From assembly GCF_004010195.1 (NCBI RefSeq), contig NC_057719.1, forward strand, positions 87,174,284 to 87,194,283: a stretch of DNA of 20,000 nt, given 5' to 3'. Shown piece after piece: positions 10,327-18,657 of this stretch. How positions within the stretch are numbered: the stretch's first letter is position 1; each line of letters begins with the position of its first letter. A program made the position numbers and the translations under genes. Below the pieces are notes generated by a model. That model had not been told where the DNA came from and made no database searches. It worked only from the letters and a program-made list of their open reading frames with translations. Source of the stretch: Chiloscyllium plagiosum (Eukaryota).

Positions 10327-11290
10327 TATGCTCCCTTCATGTGAATCATCAATAATTGCAGGAAATATGCTGACAATGGTCTTGTATCATGACTTCATCT
10401 CAAAGCGTGAGAAGGGAAGGGAAGTTGCAATAAAATCGATTTATCCTGGAAAGTGGATGTTTTATCTAGATGTTCATTTGTCCGCTGTGATTTATTAGTG
10501 ATTCAGCTCCTAAACAAGTCCTCCTTCAGACCACAATGGCCATTCTGCACGTAATCATTGCTTGTTCAGATACAACATTGGTCTTTTACTGTAGAACCCG
10601 AAAAATTGCACTCAGTGACATTTCACCCCTGGGCAGAGAGGGCCAGCCTGGTTTTAGTTTTAACTTTAGCAATGGTTTTCGTTTTGGCGTGGCCATGAGA
10701 CAGTGGAAGTTGCAAACATCACCACTGCTCCACCCCAACCCCCACCCCCAGCACAGTCCTTCTGCAAACACTGCCTCCTCGCTCCGAGTACCTGTCAAAT
10801 GTGTTCCAATCATGAGTAACAACAATACGAGTGTGTAATGCTGATGAGGAGTGGGATAGTGTGTGGGGGACATTGTAATAGCCAACCTTGTCCCAAAGCT
10901 GGAGGGAGAATCACCAACAAACTCCTTGTCAATAAGATGTAGAAGCAGATGTAGACCATTCAGCCCATTGAATCTGCTGCAACATTCAATAAGATCATAG
11001 CTGATCTGATCAGCCTCGACTCCACTTTCTGGCCTTTTCCCCATAATTCTGATTCCCTTACTGATTAAAAATCTGTCTCTCTCAGCCTTGAATACACTTA
11101 ATTACCCGGCCTCAACAGCCCTTAGTGGTAAATAATTCTCTCAGACTCATTACTTTCTGAGAGAAGAAATTCCTCCTGATCTCTGCCTTAAATGGGGGAT
11201 CGTTTTATCTGAGATGATGCCCACTGGTCCTAGAAGCTTCCACAAGGGGAACCAACCTCTTCACATCCACCCTGTCCAGTCTCCTAAGAT

Positions 11291-11611
11291 TAGAACATAG
11301 AACATAGAACATAGAAGAATACAGCGCAGTACAGGCCCTTTGGCTCTCGATGTTGCGTCGATCCAAGCCCACCTAACCTACACTAGCCCACTATCCTCCA
11401 TATGCCTATCCAATGCCCGATTAAATGCCCATAAAGAGGGAGAGTTCACCACTGCTACTGGCAGTGCATTCCATGAACTCATGACTCACTGAGTAAAGAA
11501 CCTATCCCTAACATCTGTCCTATACCTACCACCCCTTAATTTAAAGCTATGCCCCCTCGTAATAGCTGACTCCATACGTGGAAAAAGGTTCTCACGGTCA
11601 ACCCTATCTAA
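11291..11611 (-). mobile_element. Younger CR1 3' end with (TTCTATG)n tail
   Basis: agaacatagaacatagaacatagaa tail, followed by CR1 3' UTR/ORF2 end (minus 'acgagggggcatagctttaaatta', TRGHSFKL). Confidence 0.85.
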
Positions 11612-11639
11612 ATGTGTGCAATTACGGGAGTCAGTAAAG

Positions 11640-12160
11640 CACCATTGTGGAAAATAATTTTATTCAACAGGAAAAGCACCTGTGTGACCAGGGGACCAGT
11701 AACAAGCAAAGCCCAGTAGGAGCAATGCTTAGATGAAAGAAAAAATAAGGGGGTGGGTAGGGACTAAATCAAAATAGAATTGGAGGAGGAAATAAAACGC
11801 TCCATTTCCCCCTGTGATGCCCACCTCTCCCTGAAGGCACCAACTGTGCTGGTGGACACCATGTGCTTCCTCTCCAGGGACACCCAGGCCGGACATAACC
11901 GCAGAAGAGGGGCAGATAGTCGGCAGAAATGACCCCATCCACAGCCCGCTGCCTGGACCTGTTTATCGCCAGCCCAGCTGGGCCCAGGAGCAGGCCCGTG
12001 AGGAGATCCTCCTACCTGCCTGCGCTGGGTGCCCCAAGATCTGGTGAGGGGCTGAAGTGCAACCAGAAACAAAGGAGAAGATAACTTAAAAAAGCAAGTG
12101 CAAATCCCCACAACCAACATAGGCATGGTCCATGGACTTCACAGCACTGCAAACCATTGG
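11640..12160 (-). mobile_element. Tx1/L1-clade non-LTR retrotransposon 3' fragment (ORF2 C-terminus and T-rich 3' UTR)
   Basis: Frameshifted minus translation includes LLLCFWLHFSP and AWVSLERKHMVSTSTVGAFRERWASQGEMERFISSSNSILI*, preceded by a zinc-knuckle-like SMDHAYVGC. The UTR is T-rich with AATAAA (plus-strand tttatt at ~11659-11664). Confidence 0.7.
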
Positions 12161-12470
12161 GCAGAATCTTGTATGTTTCAATAAGATGGCCTCTCAATAG
12201 ACAATAGACAATAGGTGCAGGAGTAGGCCATTAGGCCCTTCGAGCCTGCACCGCCATTCAATATGATCATGGCTGATCATTCACAATCAGTATCCTGTTC
12301 CTGCCTTATCCCCATAACCTTTGATTCCACTATCCTTAAGAGCTCTATCCATCTCTTTCTTGAAAGTATCCAGAGACTTAGCCTCCACTGCCTTCTGTGG
12401 CAGAGCATTCCATATATCCACCACTCTCTGGGTGAAGACATTTCTCCTCAACTCTGTTCTAAATGGCCTA

Positions 12471-12694
12471 TGGGCGAAAGTGAGGACTGCAGATGTTGGA
12501 GATCAGAGTTTAGATTAGAGTGGTGCTGGAAATGCACAGCAGGTCAGGCAGCATCCGAGGAACAGGAAAATCGACGTTTCGGGCAAAAGCCCTTCATCAG
12601 GAATCCTCATGAAGGGCTCCTGCCCACATCAATTTTCCTGTTCCTCAGATGCTGCCTGACCTGCTGTGCTTTTCCAGCACCACTCTAATCTAAA
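12471..12694. mobile_element. Penelope-like family A head-to-head hairpin insertion with 13-bp TSD
   Basis: TSD tctaaatggccta at 12458-12470 and 12689-12701. Arms 12509-12601 and 12605-12694 are inverted repeats. Confidence 0.88.
12568..12604 (-). ncRNA. Minimal type I hammerhead ribozyme motif (Penelope type), intact core
   Basis: Minus strand reads AUUC-CUGAUGA-A-GGGC-UUUU-GCCC-GAAA-CG-UC^GAUU: conserved core, 4-bp stem II, palindromic ACGU stem III and a GUC cleavage triplet (predicted cut between 12573 and 12572). Confidence 0.7.
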
Positions 12695-13840
12695 TGGCCT
12701 ACCCCTTATTTTTAAACTGTGTCCTCTGATTCTGGACTCACCCATCAGCGGAAACATGCTTCCTACCTCCAGATTGTCCAATCCTTTAATAATCATTTAT
12801 GTCTCAATCAGATCCCCTCTCAGCCTTCTAAACTCAAGTGTATACAAGCCCAGTCGCTCCAATCTCTCAATATATGATAGTCCCGCCATTCTGGGAATTG
12901 ACCTCGTGAACCTACACTGCACTCCCTCAATAGCCAGAACATCCTTCCTCAAATTTGGAGACCAAAACTGCACACAATACTCCAGGTGCGGTCTCACCGG
13001 GGCCCTGAACAGCTACAGAAGGACCTCTTTGCTCCTATACTCAATTCCTCGCGTTATTGAAGGCCAGCTTGCCATTAACTTGCTTCACTGCCTGCTGTAC
13101 CTACATGCTCTCGTTTGTCTAAATTCCAACAAGCCTCAATCTACTCCACCCCTTCTCCTAAGACATTCTTTCCATGCCTGGGATCACCCAAGAACACCAG
13201 TGCCAGTCTACCTTTCCTTAAGTAAGACACCCATACTATTCAGTGTTCCAATTGTGGCCTGACATGTGTCTTGCATAACTTTAGTGAAACCTCCCTAAAT
13301 TTATATTCCATTCCTTTTGAAATAAAGACCAATGTCGCATTTGCCTTCTTTTGCCTGCTGAGCCTGGAGGCTAGCTTTTTTGTGATTTATGCCCTAGCAC
13401 CTTCAAATCTCTCTGTTAGGTAGCTTTCTGTAGTATTTCTAAATAATATTCAGCTCCTCTGTTCCTCTTACCATAGTGAATAACCTCGCTTTTTCCCACT
13501 ATATATTTCATCTGCCCAGTTTTTTGCCCATTCACCTAACTTATCCAATCTTTCTGTAGACTGTCTGCAACACTTGCCTTGCCACCTATTTTTGTGTGAT
13601 CCACAAACCCCGTTACAATTTGGGATGGGGATGTTGAGGGAGTCACAGATTAATTCCCTTGGGTCAGTTCCTGAAAACACACTGGGCTACAGCCTCAGTG
13701 AACCCAGTTTAGCCACTTGTCTCTGCTGTATCAGCAGCTCAGCTATCAGTCTTCTGTTTTCACAGAACAAGTGACCTTAGAGGGAATGTGAATAAATATC
13801 CTGTGTACTGAGGTGAGAAGTTGTGCAGTTCCCCCACCCC

Positions 13841-13860
13841 ACACACACACACACACACAC
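13841..13860. repeat. (AC)10 microsatellite
   Basis: acacacacacacacacacac. Confidence 0.95.
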
Positions 13861-14179
13861 TCTCCCAGCCTTGGTCTGATGCCTGGGTCTGGTTTGTTTA
13901 GCTTTCTCCCCCGGCAATGGTCACAGTTTAGTGCAGTTCAACATGTCCTTCTCCACCCACTTCACTCAGCACTGGCAGTCCCTAGAGACACAAGAGACTG
14001 ATCTGCCAGAACATTGTGGTCTTCAGGTCACTCTGAGTCAGACTACAGAGGGAGAAATGACCTCAGTGCCCTCCAGCCTGAAACTGGAGAGATCTAGGGA
14101 GTGTTGTTGAACAAATCATGTTCCTATTCCTGATCAAGACCCAGTCTCTTCATCCCTGTGCCCACAAATCTCTTAAAAT

Positions 14180-14691
14180 CTGATTTGACTTATTATTCTC
14201 ACATGCATCAAGATATGTGGGTGGCACAGTGGTTAGCACTGCTGCCTCACAGCGCCTGAGACCCGGGTTCAATTCCCACCTCAGGCAACTCTCTGTGTGG
14301 AGTTTGCACATCCTCCCCATGTCTGCGTGGATTTCCTCCGGGTGCTCCGGTTTCCTCCCACAATCCAAAAATGTGTAGGTTAGGCGAATTGGCCATGCTA
14401 AATTGCCCGTAGTTAATCTAATCTAATCTAATATGGTGAAAAGTATTGTTCTGAGGTGCTAACCAGGCAAATCATACCTTACGTAAGTACAACAGGGTAA
14501 TAGGACAGCCTGCAGAAAATAGTGTCACAGCTACAGAGAAAGATCAACTCCAGTGACGGAGTCAATGGAAGGAAGGCTGGTTTGTGTGATGGACTGGGCT
14601 GCGTTCACAACTCGCTGTAATTTCTTGGGCAGAGCAGTTGCCGTACTAAGCTGTGATGCATCCAGATAGGGTGCGTTCTAAGATGCATCTT
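14180..14691 (-). mobile_element. Rex1/Babar non-LTR 3' fragment, interrupted by HE1
   Basis: Minus 14691-14558 translates to RCILERTLSGCITA*YGNCSAQ/KLQRVVNAAQSITQTSLPSIDS (Rex1-type RT C-terminus). The 3' tail 'ttattattctcacatgcatcaagatat|ggtgaaaagtattgtt' is split by the SINE. Confidence 0.75.
14217..14430 (+). mobile_element. HE1 V-SINE, internally deleted, (CTAAT)n tail
   Basis: tRNA-like head (TGGCACAGTGG A box, GGTTCAATTCC B box) and V-domain (GTGTGGAGTTTGCAC…GGGTGCTCCGGTTTCCTCCCAC). Lacks ~100 bp of the 3' part. Flanked by atatg at 14213-14217 and 14431-14435. Confidence 0.9.
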
Positions 14692-14699
14692 TATCCTCA

Positions 14700-14982
14700 G
14701 GATAAGGAGGGGGGCGGGGTTCAATGAACTTTGGACATGTCTTGAGGAGAAATGTCTTCTCTTGGAGGGTCATGACCCTTTGGAAGTCTCTAACCCCCTC
14801 CCTCCCACCTGGTGGGTCAAGTTGACTTTGATCAGTCTCAGCCTTGGTGTGTGGTGCCTCAGGGATATCAGGGGGCAGTGGACAGAAAAGACTAATTGAA
14901 GCTGAAGGCAGTGAAGGCAGTTAATGATCGTATCGAATGGCCAAGAGGGTCCAAGGAGCCATATTGTGCACTGCTGCCTGCC
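14700..14982 (+). mobile_element. CR1 3' fragment, highly decayed
   Basis: 'gaggagaaatgtcttctcttggagggtc…ctttggaagtctcta' and 'atgatcgtatcgaatggc…' match CR1 ORF2-end/3' UTR patterns seen elsewhere in the window. Confidence 0.55.
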
Positions 14983-15076
14983 CCAGAGAGATTTCAGGAG
15001 GCAAACAAATTAATAAGTATGGAATTCTCCAGCACCGTACTGAGTGACAATATTTAAAAAGACTCAGCCAACAGGA

Positions 15077-15082
15077 TTTATT
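15077..15082 (-). terminator. Polyadenylation signal AATAAA of the CHAC1-like gene (3' UTR about 15060-15433)
   Basis: Plus-strand tttatt lies ~350 nt downstream of the stop codon and is followed on the minus strand by U/GU-rich sequence (gtctttttaaatattgtc). Confidence 0.65.
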
Positions 15083-15433
15083 GATCATAAATAATATGTT
15101 TAAAAAAATACAGTAGGTAACACAGTGATATTGTTGGTGATAAGAACCTGAAGATTGAACACAGAGTAGACACCTCACCCAAGTGCACCGGCCCCACGCT
15201 CCAACAGAGTTATAATGTCTGTTTAAAATCCAATCTTCCCACACATGCAGCTCCAGCTGATGGAACGGTGCTGGAAGAGGTTTGTACTTTGGGATTGTAC
15301 AATCTTAAGCTGGCATTCTGAAGCGGTGGTGGGCTTCAGTACAGTCGGGACGGCCTTTGGATGGTCAGTTACCACGCCTGCGTCCCTCCGCAAGTATCAT
15401 CGCCAACACAGTAAAGGCACGTCCAGGCACCGC

Positions 15434-15823
15434 TTAAGCTTGCCGATCATCCGGGGCTGACGCGATCGCTAGGGTGGCCGCTTCGATGGAGAACAGGTGC
15501 TCGTCCTCCACCCCCGGGCAAGCGGAGCGCATGAACTGGGCCAGTCTGAGCAGGTAGTCCAGGTTGTGGCCAGAGTGGCCACTGCAGCAGAGAATCTGCC
15601 CCGCGATGTGCTCAGTCTCGGCAGGGCCCAGGTACAGTGGGTTCTGTGGGGTGGCGATGTAAGCCAGCGCCAGGATGCTGCCACAAGCCTGCAACCCCTG
15701 GGGGTGAAAGGTCACCATCTTGCACACGTATCCACCCAGCACGCCTTCCCGAAGGTTCAGGTACTCCAGTGAATGCCTGAGCTGCTCTTGCTGGACCTGA
15801 TAGGCCACCCCCCACGTGTCAGC
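15434..15823 (-). CDS. CHAC1: Terminal coding exon of glutathione-specific gamma-glutamylcyclotransferase ChaC1 (CHAC1/Botch-like); 129 codons plus TAA, phase 0
   Basis: ADTWGVAYQVQQEQLRHSLEYLNLREGVLGGY…ALAYIATPQNPLYLGPA…IAGQILCCSGHSGHNLDYLLRLAQFMR…DEHLFSIE matches vertebrate CHAC1 (TWGVAYQ, YLNxRE with the catalytic Glu, GGY, NPxYLGPA, GxSGHNxxYL). It is preceded by a strong acceptor, cttctccttctccctcttcccag (AG at 15825-15824). The GTG start in the ORF track is an internal Val. Confidence 0.93.
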   Translation of the reverse strand, partial: ADTWGVAYQVQQEQLRHSLEYLNLREGVLGGYVCKMVTFHPQGLQACGSILALAYIATPQNPLYLGPAETEHIAGQILCCSGHSGHNLDYLLRLAQFMRSACPGVEDEHLFSIEAATLAIASAPDDRQA

Positions 15824-15851
15824 CTGGGAAGAGGGAGAAGGAGAAGATTAG
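15824..15851 (-). promoter_or_regulatory. 3' splice site of the CHAC1 last intron: branch point CTAAT, polypyrimidine tract and AG
   Basis: Minus strand CTAATcttctccttctccctcttcccAG; the putative branch A is at 15848 (-25). Confidence 0.8.
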
Positions 15852-16156
15852 ATTACTTACAGTGTGGAAACAGGCCCTTCGGCCCAACAAGTCCACACCG
15901 CCCCGCTGAAGCGCAACCCACACATACCCCTACATTTACCCCTTACCTAACACTACGGGCAATTTAGCATGGCCAATTCACCTGACCTGCACATCTTTGG
16001 ACTGTGGGAGGAAACCGGAGCACCCGGAGGAAACCCACGCAGACACGGGGAGAACATGCAAACTCCACACAGTCAGTCGCCTGAGGCGGGAATTGAACCC
16101 GGGTCTCTGGCGCTGTGAGGCAGCAGTGCTAACCACTGTGCCACCGTGCCGCCCAC
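15846..16156 (-). mobile_element. Full-length, young HE1 V-SINE
   Basis: Minus strand starts GTGGGCGGCACGGTGGCACAGTGGTTAGCACTGCTGCCTCACAGCGCC…GGGTTCAATTCC, has the V-domain, and ends in a CR1-like tail …GTTTCCACACTGTAAGTAATCTAATCT. CpGs are largely retained. Confidence 0.93.
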
Positions 16157-16224
16157 ACGGGTAATCTAAAAAAAATCTGTAGGTAATCTAAAAAAAAAAG
16201 ATATTAGATACACAAATGCTTTCT

Positions 16225-16908
16225 AATCCTGACTCCCCACAGCCTGTCCATGAGGCACAAATCAGGAGTGTGATCGAATACTCTACACTTGCCTGGATGG
16301 GTGCAGCCCCAACAACACTTGACACAAAAGCTTGACACCATCCAGGACGAAGCAGGCCTCTTGATTGGCACCACATTCACAAAGCTCCACTCCCTTCGCT
16401 ATTGACACTCAGTGGCAGCAGTGTGTAATATTCCTGATGAAGGGCTTTTGCCCAAAAAAGTCAGTTTTCCTGCACCTCGGAAGCTGCCTGACCCGCTGTG
16501 CTCTAATCTTGACTCTAATCTCCAGCATCTGCAATACCCACATCCGCCTGTAATATCTACAACATGCCCTACAGAAATTCACTGAAGGTCATTAGACAGC
16601 ACCTTCCAAACCCAACACCACTTGCTTCTAGAACGGCAAGGGCAGCAGATACATGTGAACACCACCCCCCGCATAATTCCCTCCAAGCCACTCACCATCC
16701 TGACTTGGACATATCTCGCCATTACTTCACTGTTGCTGGATCAAAATCCTTGATTTCCCTCCCTAAGAGCATTGTTGGTCAACCGACAGCACGTGGACTG
16801 TAGCAGTTCAAGGAGATAGCTCACCATCACCTTCTTAAGGGCCACTAGGGATGGGTAATAAATGCTGGTGTAACCAGCGATACTCATGTCCCGTGAGTGA
16901 GTGAAAAA
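16225..16908 (+). mobile_element. L2/CR1-superfamily LINE 3' fragment (candidate partner of the SacSINE1-like SINE)
   Basis: 'gaggcacaaatcaggagtgtgatcgaatactctacacttgcctggatg' (AQIRSVIEYSTLAWM) and 'ttcactgttgctggatcaaaatcc' (F.V.G.K.WNSLP-like). The tail gggccactagggatgggtaataaatgctgg…gtgagtgagtgaaaaa resembles the SINE tail at 5975-6015. Confidence 0.75.
16430..16548 (+). mobile_element. Penelope-like family A single-arm insertion starting at a decayed hammerhead motif, 8-bp TSD
   Basis: attcCTGATGAagggcttttgcccAAAAaagtc…ctccagcatctgcaatac; TSD tgtaatat at 16424-16431 and 16549-16556. Confidence 0.8.
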
Positions 16909-18331
16909 GGCTGGTTTTCCTCACTAGGTGCCAGTTGCTGATGTGATCAATGATCCAGCACTGGCCAAAATGGGGACTACACACCAGCAGGGTCCTGGAA
17001 CAGGGAAGAAGGTGTCTAAAGAGTGCCAGTCCAGATTATTCAACTCCCTAGTACCACCCTGGTGATTTGACTGAAATTCAATTATTCAACCTGTTTTGGG
17101 TACAATGCCCAGAACTGACGACATTATTTCAGTTATCATCTAATCAGATCTGAATATATCTAACTTGTACCCTTATATATTCCAGCCATCTTGAAAGCTA
17201 GCCATTTTAACTCATCTTATTTACCCTGTCTACTCGCTGTTTCTCGGTATTTTAGAAAGCCTAATCTCACAGATCTACAGCTTGAAGATTCTAATTGATC
17301 AATACTGACCATGGACCTAATTATGGGGACTGAGATCAAAACAGCAATGGGAGAACATTTTAGTGACAGCGAGCACAACACCATATGTTTTAAGTTTGTT
17401 ATGAAAAATGGAAAAAGATTGTCTGCAAGAAAAGGGTTTTGTATTGAAGGGGAAGGCAGACTTTATTAAAATAAGGCAGGATCTGGCCAAAGTAGACTGG
17501 GAACTCGCAGGAAAATCTATAGCAGAATAGTGCTGAATATTCAAAAATAAATTGGGGATAGTACAGGCCCAACACGTGAAATGATGAAATGTAGGAGCAA
17601 AAAGCGCACAGAATTCTGAGCGTCTAGGAGTATTAAGGACTGGCTATGAAAGATTTTTTTTAAATTAAAAAAAAAGAGGCTTTTGGCAGATGCAAAGGGA
17701 ACAAATCAGTGGAGATCCTAGCAGAGTGTGGGAAGTGCAGGGGGATTACTTAAGAACAAAGAAGGGGCATATAAAAACACTGGGAGGTAATATTAGGGAG
17801 AATCCCAAGATATTCTACGTGTATCAGAGGGGAACCAGGGAGAGAGTAGGACCCATTAGGAACCAAGAGAGCAGTGTGTTTATGTGGAGCTGAAAGACAT
17901 TGACAGAATATTAAATGAGTGCTTCACATTTACCTTCACTCAGGAGGAGGTTGTAGGTGCAGAATTTGGGAAGAGGGACTGTAGGGTTTTGAGCAGATTG
18001 ACAGAGGGAGTGCAGAGGTATTGGAGGTTTGGCAGGCTTAACAATGGGCAAACTGCAAGTCTGGATGTATCCCAAGACGCTATGGAGACAAGGGAGGAAA
18101 TTACACAGGCTCTGACCCAAATTCTTAATTCCATTCAGGCCACAGGGAAGGTACCAGAGGACTGGTGGACTTTTCAAGAAGGATCATGGAGATAAACCAT
18201 GGAATTACAGTCTTGTGTCAGTAGTAGAGAAATTTCTGAAGGAGAGAATTAATCTCTACTTGGTGAGGCAACGTTTGACCAGGGATCATCTGTGTGGCTT
18301 TGTCAGAGGGAGGTCATACATAACAAATCTG

Positions 18332-18657
18332 AATTAGAATCCCCACACTGTGGAAACAGGCCCTTCGGCCCAACAAGTCCACACTGACCCTCCGAAGAGT
18401 AACCCACCCAGACCCATTCCTCTACCCTATATTTACCCCTGACTAATACCTACACTATGGGCAATTTAGCATGGCCAATTCACCTGACCTGGACTGTGTT
18501 TGGACTGTGGGAGGAAACCGGAGTACCCGGAGGAAACACATGCAGACACGGGGAGAATGTGCAAACGCCACACAGTCAGTCGCCCAAGGCGGGAATTGAA
18601 CCTGAGTCCCTGGTGCTGTGAGGCAGCAGTGCTAACCACTGAGTCACCGTGCCGTCC
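18332..18657 (-). mobile_element. HE1 V-SINE inserted in CR1 ORF2
   Basis: High similarity to 15846-16156. It interrupts the CR1 RT 'TNL|IEF' region. Confidence 0.9.

Larger units (their letters stand above)
12195..13110 (-). mobile_element. Younger CR1 3' fragment with (CTATTGT)n tail
   Basis: caatagacaatagacaatag tail; translates to [65 protein letters not shown]. Confidence 0.9.
10935..13570 (-). mobile_element. Old CR1 3' fragment split into pieces (10935-11290, 12163-12196, ~13110-13570) by nested insertions
   Basis: The pieces rejoin as continuous CR1 sequence: …ctgtccagtctcctaaga | atcttgtatgtttcaataagatggcctctca | …tctaaattccaa… (minus strand RGHLIETYKIL). Confidence 0.65.

Noticed and set aside
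10586..11044. 152-aa minus ORF with a hydrophobic stretch
   Set aside because: It begins inside a CR1 3' UTR and has no recognisable domain or convincing splice structure.
12666..13262. Longest ORF (198 aa, + strand), and ORF 1815-2321
   Set aside because: Both are antisense readings of CR1 ORF2 remnants, not host genes.
14217..14290. tRNA gene (A/B boxes)
   Set aside because: It is the tRNA-derived head of an HE1 SINE and continues directly into the V-domain; the same applies at ~16080-16156 and ~18580-18657.
15434..15808. Intronless or processed CHAC1 gene starting at GTG 15808
   Set aside because: Homology extends upstream to a canonical acceptor at 15824, and the N-terminal ChaC motif (FGYGSL) is absent, so this is a terminal exon.
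15824..15860. 37-nt micro-intron from GTAAGT in the SINE tail to the CHAC1 acceptor
   Set aside because: Too short for normal vertebrate splicing; GTAAGT is simply part of the SINE tail.
17045..17065. Candidate CHAC1 middle exon (minus strand reads TRVVLGS*)
   Set aside because: Only a chance RVV match. It has an in-frame stop, lacks PGRVVTL and has no suitable splice sites.
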